DNA of 37,556 nucleotides from a virus (lineage: Duplodnaviria; Caudoviricetes). The DNA lies in the IMG/VR virus record IMGVR_UViG_3300027892_000076, positions 1 to 37,556 of that record, one strand, 5' to 3'. Positions 26,970-36,646 of the stretch are shown here, in pieces; position 1 is the first letter of the stretch; each line of letters opens with the position of its first letter. Under the pieces are notes generated by a model. That model was not told the DNA's origin. It saw only the letters and a list, made by a program, of their open reading frames with translations, and made no database searches. The translations under genes were made by a program, and so were the position numbers.

Positions 26970-27874
26970 GTAAAACAGTAACAAATCTAGAAGCAACAAA
27001 ATTTAATCCAAGCGCATTATTGTCTTTGTACGAATTAGATGCATCAAGTTTAGGAGGTCCGATTTTACGTTTTCATGATGGATCTTCAAATAATTATAAA
27101 AATATAACTTTCAATGGAATTGAATATACTGCTTTTCCGGTATTCCTAGAGGGATTTGAATACGATGGAAAAGGGTCTTTGCCTAGACCGAAACTTAGAG
27201 CGGCTAATATAAATGGTTTCGTTTCTTATTACATACTTAATGGAAATAATTTAATAGGAGCTAAATTTTCAAGAAAAAGAGTTTTTTCTAGATTTATAGA
27301 TGCTGTAAATTTTGATAATGAAATAAATCCTTATGGCCTAGCAGATCCAGAAGCAGCTTATGCTGATGATATATTTTTCATAAATAGAAAAATAACAGAA
27401 AATAAAGATTATGTTGAATTTGAACTAACAACTGCATTAGAAATAGATAATGTAAAAATTCCAAATAGAATGGTTTTTGCTCGTATATGTGGCTTTAAAT
27501 ATAGAGATTCTTCGTGTGGATATACTGGCGATCCAGTTGCTGATAGAAATAATAAAGCTATGACTGGAGGTGCTGGAACTTATGGCTTTACACTTATTCC
27601 TAGAGGAGAATATAATGAATCTTTTACTTATAATTTAGGACACTTTGTTTCATTAACAAGTACGTTAAAAGAAACTTTAGGAGAAAAAATTTTTTATGTT
27701 GCTAATCAAAATGGCATAATTGGAATTGAAAACGGTCCAATAAAATCTCCTGGCAAATGGGTTGCTGATTTTTGTTCAAAAAATATTGGAGGATGTAAAA
27801 AAAGATATCCATCGCCACAAGTTTTAAAATTTGGTGGATTTCCTGGCGTTGCAAGAGGACCATATGTAATATGA
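26966..27874 (+). CDS. Lambda gpL-like minor tail protein (Fe-S cluster cysteines)
   Basis: LYELDAS, GSLPRPKL, VEFEL, four Cys (ICGFKYRDSSCGYTG; FCSKNIGGCKKRY) and C-terminal FGGFPG. Confidence 0.9.
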   Translation: MSKTVTNLEATKFNPSALLSLYELDASSLGGPILRFHDGSSNNYKNITFNGIEYTAFPVFLEGFEYDGKGSLPRPKLRAANINGFVSYYILNGNNLIGAKFSRKRVFSRFIDAVNFDNEINPYGLADPEAAYADDIFFINRKITENKDYVEFELTTALEIDNVKIPNRMVFARICGFKYRDSSCGYTGDPVADRNNKAMTGGAGTYGFTLIPRGEYNESFTYNLGHFVSLTSTLKETLGEKIFYVANQNGIIGIENGPIKSPGKWVADFCSKNIGGCKKRYPSPQVLKFGGFPGVARGPYVI

Positions 27875-28554
27875 CAAGTAAAATTTATCAGGAGATTATT
27901 ACTCAAGCTGAATCTTCCGATGAAGAAATCGGTGGCTTTATTTATCTTGAAGGATCTCAAGCAAAAATAGAAAAGTGTGAAAATATCGCATTAGATAAGA
28001 AAAATTTTTTTGAAGTATCTGCTGATGATTATATTAAAAACTCAAAAAGAGATTTGTACGCTATTTATCATTCTCATGTAGATTCGGACTCTAATTTTAG
28101 CGAACAAGATTTAGAAGTATCTGAAGAATCATGCTTACCTATTTACGTTTATTCAAAACTTGATAAAAAAATCAATTCTTATATTCCTTTATCTTATGAT
28201 TATGGAGATTTTCAAGGTAGAAAATATATACGGGGATTTAATGACTGTCATAGTTTGATTAGAGATTTCTATAAAAAAGAAAAAAATATTTTATTACCTG
28301 ATTGCATAAGAGACGAATCATTTAGAGAAAATAATTTTACCATAGTCATCGAAGAAATGAATAAATTTTTTGAAAAAATTGATGATTTTAAGTTTGGTGA
28401 CTTGTTTGTATTTTCGCAAAAAGGTAATGAAAAACATCTAGCAGTTTATTATGGTGATGGGAAAATTCTTCATCATTGCATAGGAAGACTTTCTGCGATA
28501 GAGGAAATAGGAATTTTAGGTAAAAATTTTATTGGAGGTTATAGATTAAAATGA
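27871..28554 (+). CDS. Lambda gpK-like tail tip assembly protein (JAB + NlpC/P60)
   Basis: EEIGG...IYHSH...FSEQD JAB motif, then DCHSLIRDFY...HLAVY...ILHH NlpC/P60 motifs. Confidence 0.9.
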   Translation: MTSKIYQEIITQAESSDEEIGGFIYLEGSQAKIEKCENIALDKKNFFEVSADDYIKNSKRDLYAIYHSHVDSDSNFSEQDLEVSEESCLPIYVYSKLDKKINSYIPLSYDYGDFQGRKYIRGFNDCHSLIRDFYKKEKNILLPDCIRDESFRENNFTIVIEEMNKFFEKIDDFKFGDLFVFSQKGNEKHLAVYYGDGKILHHCIGRLSAIEEIGILGKNFIGGYRLK

Positions 28555-29228
28555 ATGAACTTGTAAATATCCATTTAGGTGGAAAATTAGGCAAAATTTT
28601 CGGAAAACTCTGGAAACTCGATGTTTCTAGCCCAGCAGAAGCAATAAGGGCTATTTGTATAAATACGGACGGTAAATTTCGGGAGTATTTCGAGACAGAA
28701 GGTAGAAATAAGCATTATAAAGTATGCGTTGGTAATAAAAAAAATAGTTTATCTATAGACGAAATAAAGGGAAAAACTGGAAAATCAGATATATATATTA
28801 TACCAGTAGTAAAAATGTCTGGAGGTGGGGGACTTCTTCAATTAATTATTGGAATAGTTCTTATAGTAGCGGTAGTTGCTACTGGTGGACTCGCCGCTGC
28901 TGCTTTTGGTTCGTTTACAGGGCCAATGCTTTATGCTGGTGTCGCTATGGCTCTTGGTGGTATAGTAACAATGCTTACACCTGTGCCAAAAATGAATGGT
29001 GGTAATGGTGCGGGCGATGAGAGAACGTCAAGTACTTTTCAAGGGAACGCTACAACAATAAGTCAAAATACTCCTGTAGGTTTAATTTATGGAAGAATTG
29101 TAATTGCACCTTTGCCTATTGCTTTATCTCTTGATAATTATCCGCAAGACAATAAAAATAAAGCTAATATCACAATACCCATTGCAATAGAAAATCCAGA
29201 TGGATCATTCTATTATTCTTACGCTTAA
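28551..29228 (+). CDS. Lambda gpI-like tail assembly protein
   Basis: LGGKLGKIFG...SPAEAIRA...IIPVVKMSGGGG ubiquitin-like N-terminus, hydrophobic segment, PVGLIYGR. Confidence 0.88.
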   Translation: MNELVNIHLGGKLGKIFGKLWKLDVSSPAEAIRAICINTDGKFREYFETEGRNKHYKVCVGNKKNSLSIDEIKGKTGKSDIYIIPVVKMSGGGGLLQLIIGIVLIVAVVATGGLAAAAFGSFTGPMLYAGVAMALGGIVTMLTPVPKMNGGNGAGDERTSSTFQGNATTISQNTPVGLIYGRIVIAPLPIALSLDNYPQDNKNKANITIPIAIENPDGSFYYSYA

Positions 29229-29262
29229 GGTTTAGCATTTAATATTTAACATTTAAAAAATT

Positions 29263-32200
29263 ATGGGATTTGGAACAGAAAACAAACCACCTAGAGCCCC
29301 TAGACCGGGTTACATGTGGAAGTGGACAAACGATACGTGGGTTGAAATTGTAGATCCAAAAAGCCAAGTGTACACAAGCTTTGTATCTAACGCTGGATCA
29401 TATTCAAATCTAACTAGCACAAATAGCCAAGCCGGATTCGTAAACCAATTATTTACCGCAGAGGTTCAATCAACGCTTCTATCTAGATCTGTATATAAGA
29501 TAACAGATCTAATAGGAGAAGGTCCGATAAGTGGCTTTTTTCCTAATACTGGAGCTTATGGAAAAGATCCCCTTACATCAACTTACTTTGATGGCGTTAG
29601 GGTAAGAAACTTCGATGGAAGTTATAACTTTAATTTAACAGGAATAGCTGAAAAAGATGGAGATGACGCTTTTGAATTTAATTATACATTAGGAACACCA
29701 AATCAACCAGAAATTACTGGTTATAGTAAAAACGAAACCTTTATAGCACTCCCTTCTAATACAAGGGTTTCAAAAATGCCCAAAGGTGTAGGTGGATCAA
29801 AAGATTTAGTAGTAAATCTTCTAAAGAAAGAATTTCCAGATACAGTTGGACTTAAAATAACTTTTAAAGTTCCAGCTTTATTTAGCATGGCTGATGATGG
29901 AAAAAAGTCTGGACTTCAAATATTATTTTCTATAAAAGGATCTAAGGATGACGGTCCAGAATTTGATATACTTCCATCGAGAATGGTATCAATATACAAT
30001 GCTTCAACTAAAGCAAGAGAAGAAGTTTCAAAAAAATTTGGAGCAATAGTTGGACTTGCAAATTCTACGTATTTAACAACAAGAAATATATTTCATATTT
30101 CACTAGCGGAAAAATGGACAACTTATAAAATAAGAATAGTAAGAGAAAGTGAAAATTCAGTAAGTGAAAGAAATCCAAGTGAATTGTATGTTGAATCAAT
30201 TGCTGTAATAGGAAATAATAGATATTCATATCCAAGTTCCGTTTTAACAGCGATGAGTATCAATAGTGATAACTTTTCTCAAATACCAGCAAGAGCTTAT
30301 GATGTGCTCGGACTTTTAGTATCTATTCCAGAGGGCTATACTCCACCAAGAATAAATGGAAATGGGAGTTACTCTTCCGCAATATATCCTGCTATCTGGA
30401 CTGGAACTTTTTCAAGTCAAAAGCAGTGGACAAATAATCCAGCATGGATATTTTACGATATAATTACTAATAAAAGATATGGCCTTGGAAATTATTTAAG
30501 TGAAGATTTAATAGATAAATGGGCTGTTTATGAAATAGCTAAATTTTGTGATGAAATGGTTAGTGATGGAAAAGGTGGAACAGAACCAAGATTTACATGT
30601 AACGCTGTAATTCAAGGTGCCAAGGCAGCATATGATTTATTGCAAGATTTAGTTTCTATTTTCCAAGGAATGACATATTGGGGAAATGGAAAAATATGGG
30701 TAAATACATCTAAGACATATCCTACTGTTTATAATTTTACAAATGCAAACGTAATAGACGGAAGATTTTTATATTCTGATACAGCAAGAAATACAAGATC
30801 TACTGTAATAAAGGTAAAATGGAGAGATCCAGATTTACTATATAGAGAAGATATAGTATGTTTAGAGGATGTTAATGGAATTCAAAAATATGGCTATATT
30901 GAAAAAGAAATTGAGTCTTTTGGTTGCACTTCTAGGGGACAAGCGATAAGATTTGCGGAATTCATTTTACAATCAGAAAGAAATTTAACAGAAACTGTAA
31001 CATTTCAAACTGCTTTTGAAGGACTCTATATGAGGCCAGGAGATAATTTTAATATTTATGATAATTTCGTAAATAATAAAAATCAAGGTGGAAGAATATT
31101 ATCAATATCTAGTGGAAATAAATTAATTAAACTAGATAGGGATATTTCTATTAATAGCCAAAGAACTTACGAGTTAAGTTTAATTAATCCTGTTTTTAAT
31201 ATTGATACTGCAAGTGGAGCTTATGCAAGTGGAATAACTGGATCTAATCAGTTTAATTTAATAAGAAATTCTCAAATTGAAAAAAGAGATGTTCAAAGTT
31301 ATAATTCGGGATCTTCATTAGTTACGGTATCTTCAGCTTTTAGTAGCGGAGTCGAAAATGGTGCCATTTGGATGCTAAATTGTACTTCTACGGGAGAATA
31401 CAATGAATCTTCTCGTTTATTTAGATGTTTAGCAACTGCTGAACTGCAACCGGGTATTATAGAAATCTTAGGAGTTGAGACTACTACAGGATTAGCGTTA
31501 TCAACTGGTTATTCATCGGAAAATGTATTTTATGAACAACCAGTATTGCAATCAATAAATCCTCCATCTGGTTTAACTGTTTCTATTTATAGTGGAATAA
31601 ATAATGGAGCTTTTCAATATGATCCATTATTAACATGGAGCGGATCAAATTCTTCAAATGTAGCTGGATATATAATATCGGGACAAATTGCATCTGGACT
31701 TTTTTCTGATGTAGCCGAAACAACAAACACAAGTTATCTTGCTGATTTTACAGATAGTGGATTTTATAGATATAGAGTAGCTGCGGTAAGTGATGAAGGG
31801 GCATATTCTTCATTTATTACAGGAGGAATTTTATTTTCAACTACAACTAATCCACTAGGAGGACCACCTATAATTTCGGGTGTAGTAATTGAGGATCAAG
31901 ATACAAATGGCTCATACGGAACAACTGGATATGTGGGTAGAGATGTTTTATTTTCTTGGGAATTAGAAGTTGGCGCGAATGGTTATTATTCACCAAAGAC
32001 AGTATTCTTTTCTGGATATCAAGTATCAATTCTTAACCCTACAACAAATGCGGTTCTTTTAACAGAAAATATAACTGATATCGGGAATAGAATTTATTAC
32101 GCAACACCAGATCGTCTTACTGAATTGGGTCTTTCTGGAAGATTAGTTAAAACAAGAATAGTTGTCGTAGATAGATTTGGTGGTAAAACTACTCCAGTTG

Positions 32201-32982
32201 ATACTTCATTTAATAATCCTCCACCAAGACACCCAATAAATAGTGGGTTTTATCAAATGCCAGGAGGGCTGCAATTTAATATACAAAAAGACCCTCTTGA
32301 TGTAGATATAAGCGGCTGTTATTTATGGGTTAATACAAGCCCATCATTCACTCCTACATTTAATAATCCAACAAAAACATTTTCGATCACAGAAGGATTT
32401 TTACAAAATTCATTCACCAGTGATTTTTATACTTGGTTTTCGTTAATAGATACATTCGGAACAACTGGTTCTAATATCTATGGTCCTGTTTTTGTTTCTT
32501 CAGCTATTCCAATAGTAACTGGTGTTGCAGCGTCAAACTCTACTATGTTAAAGGGTGGAGTTAATATTAGTGGAGTTGGTGGAGTAAAAGTAACGCAAAG
32601 TGAGGTAACTAACACAATTCTAATTAGTGGCGAAAGACCTTTCTTTAATTTAGGATTTTTCTTAACTGAAATGCCAGATGAAACAGGAGTTGCAATTGGA
32701 GAGTTAATTTCTTCAAGACCATTTATCTTTACTGGATATTCCGTTAGTTGTAGAACTGTTGGAAGCTCAAATTTAAGTGGAAACTTTTATTATTGCGGGC
32801 TAGATAATGCAAATACTGTTTCTCTTGGTGCTTTTGGTTTGGTCGCGGGTGAAACAAATAAAACGCAAGGACTGCCTTTTGCGAATGTTCCAGCTTCTAG
32901 AAAAATTGGCTACAACTTAACATCCCTAGCCAATGCATCGCAAAAAGTCAGTATAGGGTTATTTGGTTACGAAGTCACATAA
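29263..32982 (+). CDS. Lambda gpJ-like central tail tip / host-specificity protein
   Basis: DLIGEGPISG, WTNNPAWIFYDII...RYGLG, FCDEMVSDGKGGTEPRFTCN, FGCTSRGQAIR, FnIII-like YRYRVAAV. Confidence 0.92.
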   Translation: MGFGTENKPPRAPRPGYMWKWTNDTWVEIVDPKSQVYTSFVSNAGSYSNLTSTNSQAGFVNQLFTAEVQSTLLSRSVYKITDLIGEGPISGFFPNTGAYGKDPLTSTYFDGVRVRNFDGSYNFNLTGIAEKDGDDAFEFNYTLGTPNQPEITGYSKNETFIALPSNTRVSKMPKGVGGSKDLVVNLLKKEFPDTVGLKITFKVPALFSMADDGKKSGLQILFSIKGSKDDGPEFDILPSRMVSIYNASTKAREEVSKKFGAIVGLANSTYLTTRNIFHISLAEKWTTYKIRIVRESENSVSERNPSELYVESIAVIGNNRYSYPSSVLTAMSINSDNFSQIPARAYDVLGLLVSIPEGYTPPRINGNGSYSSAIYPAIWTGTFSSQKQWTNNPAWIFYDIITNKRYGLGNYLSEDLIDKWAVYEIAKFCDEMVSDGKGGTEPRFTCNAVIQGAKAAYDLLQDLVSIFQGMTYWGNGKIWVNTSKTYPTVYNFTNANVIDGRFLYSDTARNTRSTVIKVKWRDPDLLYREDIVCLEDVNGIQKYGYIEKEIESFGCTSRGQAIRFAEFILQSERNLTETVTFQTAFEGLYMRPGDNFNIYDNFVNNKNQGGRILSISSGNKLIKLDRDISINSQRTYELSLINPVFNIDTASGAYASGITGSNQFNLIRNSQIEKRDVQSYNSGSSLVTVSSAFSSGVENGAIWMLNCTSTGEYNESSRLFRCLATAELQPGIIEILGVETTTGLALSTGYSSENVFYEQPVLQSINPPSGLTVSIYSGINNGAFQYDPLLTWSGSNSSNVAGYIISGQIASGLFSDVAETTNTSYLADFTDSGFYRYRVAAVSDEGAYSSFITGGILFSTTTNPLGGPPIISGVVIEDQDTNGSYGTTGYVGRDVLFSWELEVGANGYYSPKTVFFSGYQVSILNPTTNAVLLTENITDIGNRIYYATPDRLTELGLSGRLVKTRIVVVDRFGGKTTPVDTSFNNPPPRHPINSGFYQMPGGLQFNIQKDPLDVDISGCYLWVNTSPSFTPTFNNPTKTFSITEGFLQNSFTSDFYTWFSLIDTFGTTGSNIYGPVFVSSAIPIVTGVAASNSTMLKGGVNISGVGGVKVTQSEVTNTILISGERPFFNLGFFLTEMPDETGVAIGELISSRPFIFTGYSVSCRTVGSSNLSGNFYYCGLDNANTVSLGAFGLVAGETNKTQGLPFANVPASRKIGYNLTSLANASQKVSIGLFGYEVT

Positions 32983-32985
32983 AAT

Positions 32986-35166
32986 ATGTATCCGAATAAT
33001 AATATATCGCAAACTATTTCTGATTTATCGTTCATAGATTATGGATCTAGTTCGGGAAAGTGGCGTGCGAATAGAATAGTAAAAATTGATCCAGTTTCAT
33101 TTTATGAAAATGGACTTATTTTAAGTGGAAAAGGTTATTTTAAAAAATCTTTTGGTAATAACAACAATAATTTTGATGATTATTTAGTTGAATTTTACGC
33201 AAGTGGAAATAATTACGAGATTGATTTTATCAATGTAGATCAACAAACTAATTTATCCATAGAGAGAACTGGTAATTCTAGTGGTGGATTTTTACTTAAC
33301 TATAGAGGATCTCCGACTTCTTTTTCTGAAACAGGGGCTACTGGATTTTATTCTTTTAATTTTACAGATACTACATCAAATCCGCCTTATCTTTTTGGAA
33401 AAGCAAATGGATTTATACAATACAAGTCTAATACTTTTAATTTAAATACTAATCCAAATGGTTATTTTGGTGGTAGGTGTTGGTGGTCGCAGTACTCTAA
33501 TGCTGTTAACAAAGACCCTCTTCCGATTGCAATTAATAGTATTGGAACTCCTGCTTTTTATTTAGATTCATTTACTATTGACTTTTTATCTTACCCATAT
33601 GGAGATCCCCGCTGTGGTCTAGTTTTTTTAGCTACTAGATCAAGCGCAGGTCTTCCACTTGCAGATATTGCAACATCACCGATGGCGGCGCGATATCCAA
33701 GTAAACTTGATCTAAAGCCATTATTTTTTTATAAAACGGGAACTAGTATACGTTTATCTAATAATAATTTGGATATATTATCTATGGAAGTTACTAGTGG
33801 AGCTTGGAATCATATATCAATAACATTAAATAAAGTAGGGGTTAATAATTATCTTTCTGGATATACAGATGGAATTTTGCAAAGCACTTATACGCAAGTT
33901 GGAAATTTATCTTATGGATACTCATTACCTATAAGTGGATTAAATATAACTGAACTTAGATATAGTGCTTTTGTGGCAGCAGGCTTACTTATTGATGAAA
34001 TAAGAGTGTGGTCTGGAGCAAAATCTTATAGTGAAATAAATAATTTAAAATATATAAGTTTACAATCAGATCCATTTTTATATAATGATTCAGATTTATT
34101 ATATCATGTCACAGTTGGTGCAATATACACTAAAGATAAAAGTGTGAGTTTTTATAAAAATGGAAATTTATTAAAAACAAATTCAATAAAGAATATTTAT
34201 ACAGAGTATTTAGATTACTCCAATATAAAAGTAACTGGTCAATGTGAGTTTGATGAATTTAGATTTTGGTCTGGTGTTAGAACTTCTGGGCAAATATCAC
34301 AACAAGCTAAAAGTGGGATAGGAATGGATCTTTTTCCTAGATTTCAGGGAGGAGCTTATGGGAGAATGAATCCTACTATGACCATAAATACTAATACTTT
34401 ATTTACTCAAAGTGGTTATTTTACAAGTGGTTTTATACTAGACTCTAATGTGAATTATTATGTTGATGAACCAAAAGTAGACATATATAGTAACGGGGTA
34501 TATTTAAAAAATCTTACATTTGATTTTTTGATTAAAACAAAACATAATGGTCTGAATTATGGCATTAATAAATTTATGGTTTTTAGACCAGGATTAGCAG
34601 CTGGCGGTGACCTACTACAACTTACTTGGAATGCTGGAAATCCTAGCGTACTAAAAATGGATTATGATCTTGATGGACCTCTACTTGGTCCATATAGATA
34701 TATTGAATTTGGTAATACAAATAACATATGGAATCATTATTATTTTACAATGAATATAGTTGGATCTAATTGGCTTGTATCTGGATATCGAAATGGAGAG
34801 AATTTTTCGATGGGTTCTACTTTTTCATCTATTCCTAGTAGTGAAGCATTTGGCTCAAATCTTTTATTTGCTGGATTATATTTTCAACTCGACACCAGTG
34901 GTCCAGCCATTCCTTTTTCTAATGGTATTGCAACTGGACAGGAATTAATTTTAGATGAATTTAGGTTTTGGTCTGGGATAAAAACTAGTGGGCAAATGAA
35001 TGAACTTAGATTTAATAGATTAGGCTCAAAAACAGAATGGATGAATGATCCTAATCTATTGATATATACCCCATTTAGTAAATCTGAATTTTATCCAGAA
35101 GATGTTAATACAGGAAATTTATTTAATTATCGAAGTAGCGGCTTATACTCTTATCCATCAATTTAA
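32986..35166 (+). CDS. Tail-associated protein with LamG/concanavalin-A-like repeats (putative receptor binding)
   Basis: WNHISIT...DEIRVWSG, DEFRFWSG (twice) and WNHYYFT, the W-x-H and DE-x-R-x-W signatures of LamG-like domains. Confidence 0.75.
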   Translation: MYPNNNISQTISDLSFIDYGSSSGKWRANRIVKIDPVSFYENGLILSGKGYFKKSFGNNNNNFDDYLVEFYASGNNYEIDFINVDQQTNLSIERTGNSSGGFLLNYRGSPTSFSETGATGFYSFNFTDTTSNPPYLFGKANGFIQYKSNTFNLNTNPNGYFGGRCWWSQYSNAVNKDPLPIAINSIGTPAFYLDSFTIDFLSYPYGDPRCGLVFLATRSSAGLPLADIATSPMAARYPSKLDLKPLFFYKTGTSIRLSNNNLDILSMEVTSGAWNHISITLNKVGVNNYLSGYTDGILQSTYTQVGNLSYGYSLPISGLNITELRYSAFVAAGLLIDEIRVWSGAKSYSEINNLKYISLQSDPFLYNDSDLLYHVTVGAIYTKDKSVSFYKNGNLLKTNSIKNIYTEYLDYSNIKVTGQCEFDEFRFWSGVRTSGQISQQAKSGIGMDLFPRFQGGAYGRMNPTMTINTNTLFTQSGYFTSGFILDSNVNYYVDEPKVDIYSNGVYLKNLTFDFLIKTKHNGLNYGINKFMVFRPGLAAGGDLLQLTWNAGNPSVLKMDYDLDGPLLGPYRYIEFGNTNNIWNHYYFTMNIVGSNWLVSGYRNGENFSMGSTFSSIPSSEAFGSNLLFAGLYFQLDTSGPAIPFSNGIATGQELILDEFRFWSGIKTSGQMNELRFNRLGSKTEWMNDPNLLIYTPFSKSEFYPEDVNTGNLFNYRSSGLYSYPSI

Positions 35167-35180
35167 GTGTAATATAAAAT

Positions 35181-36251
35181 ATGTCATATTTAACAAAGCA
35201 ACAATTAATAGACAAAGTTAATTCAGACTTTGCATCTGGAAAGCCGAATAAAATTACCGCAACTGACTTACGTGGAGTAATGTTAGATTACGCGGATTCA
35301 CTCACTAATATTCAAGATAGCGATTTTGATTCAGTTACATCTAAAGTTGGAAAATCTTTAATCGAGTCACTTAAACAGGTTTGGCCTAGTAACGCTGGAA
35401 CTTTTCACTTTGCGACAACAGCTGCCCCATCAAAAACTGTATCGGTAAAAACTACTACTGGATACGCTAGACTTATAGGTAGTAACGGTTCTCTTGAGAC
35501 TGTAGCAGGAACAGGAAATCCATCTGCTGTAATAAGCGTAGTATTCCCAGAAAGCGGCAGAATAAGAGCTTTTGGTATTGTATCTACAACAAGTAGCGGA
35601 AGCGTTAGGAGTGGAAATATTACTTATATATCTGCAATTGAGCAAAGAATTGTTACTTTTGATGGATCTAGTTTGATTAATTTAGCTAGTCTTTTTTTAC
35701 AGAATAATCAATTAACGAGTTTTGATGGAAGTAATTTATCCTCTTTGGCTATCTTGTATTTAGCTGGAAATAAAATTAAAGATTTTTCATCTACTGGTTT
35801 AAGTTCATTAACACAGTTAAGTATTGGTGCTAATAATTTATCTTCATTTTCAGCATCTAATTTAACTAATTTAACATATCTAGAATTAGCATCAAATAAT
35901 ATTAAACAATTTAATACAACAGGTCTTGCAAATTTATACACTTTAGATTTAAATGCCAACCCTATTAAAGAATTTAATGGTAGTGCATTAACAGGTTTAG
36001 CAGAAATCGATCTTAGTAACTGTCAATTGACTGCATTATCAGGTTTACAATCTACTTTATTATTCATAGTAGATATATACAATAATCTTTTAACTAGTCA
36101 AATATTAGATAGTATATTTAATAATATACCAGAATATGCATATAATAATAGTGGAACTTTTAATTGTTCTACGAACACTGGTCAACCCACTAACTCATCT
36201 CTTGCTGCAAGAAATGCCATGATTGCTGGATTATGGACGATAATAACTTAA
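35181..36251 (+). CDS. Leucine-rich repeat protein (seven 21-aa LRRs)
   Basis: LxxLxLxxNxL repeats at about 35649-36089, e.g. LTSFDGSNLSSLAILYLAGNK. Confidence 0.85.
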   Translation: MSYLTKQQLIDKVNSDFASGKPNKITATDLRGVMLDYADSLTNIQDSDFDSVTSKVGKSLIESLKQVWPSNAGTFHFATTAAPSKTVSVKTTTGYARLIGSNGSLETVAGTGNPSAVISVVFPESGRIRAFGIVSTTSSGSVRSGNITYISAIEQRIVTFDGSSLINLASLFLQNNQLTSFDGSNLSSLAILYLAGNKIKDFSSTGLSSLTQLSIGANNLSSFSASNLTNLTYLELASNNIKQFNTTGLANLYTLDLNANPIKEFNGSALTGLAEIDLSNCQLTALSGLQSTLLFIVDIYNNLLTSQILDSIFNNIPEYAYNNSGTFNCSTNTGQPTNSSLAARNAMIAGLWTIIT

Positions 36252-36253
36252 TT

Positions 36254-36646
36254 ATGAAATATATATTTATAAAAAAATCTACTGGTAATTATATTAGAAA
36301 AATAGATGCACAGCATGGTATTTTACGTGAAGTAGCTGATAGCGCAAATGTAGAGCCAGCATCATCACTTGTTAATCCTAATGACTTTGAATTAATTAAA
36401 GAGCAAGAACAAGTTAATATAATATCAAAAGAAATATCTAAACTAAGTATAAAACGTAAATTGGAATCTTATGGAAAATGGGACTCTTTTAAAGCATTTT
36501 TATCTACAGTTCCATCTATTGATGATGAATTTTGGCTTGCTCAGTCATTAAAGACAGATGATCCAATTTTTACTCAATATTCAGGAATAATTAAGAGTCA
36601 AATTGGATTATCCGATGAGCAATTTAATGCTCTTATTAATGATTAA
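36254..36646 (+). CDS. Hypothetical protein (130 aa), possibly tail fibre assembly-related
   Basis: ATG 2 nt after the LRR stop. C-terminal 'FW.AQSL...DP......IGLSDEQFNAL' resembles small phage tail-associated proteins. Confidence 0.6.
   Translation: MKYIFIKKSTGNYIRKIDAQHGILREVADSANVEPASSLVNPNDFELIKEQEQVNIISKEISKLSIKRKLESYGKWDSFKAFLSTVPSIDDEFWLAQSLKTDDPIFTQYSGIIKSQIGLSDEQFNALIND

Noticed and set aside
1541-35959. Short antisense or alternative-frame ORFs (1541, 2282, 5941, 10412, 10852, 14936, 17027, 22451, 23667, 24141, 25307, 26741, 27706, 34760, 35430, 35708)
   Set aside because: All overlap long, well-supported + strand genes and show no recognisable motifs.
36233-36253. Upstream ATG for the 137-aa ORF
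   Set aside because: It overlaps the LRR gene end; ATG 36254, just after the LRR stop, fits the operon's tight coupling better.
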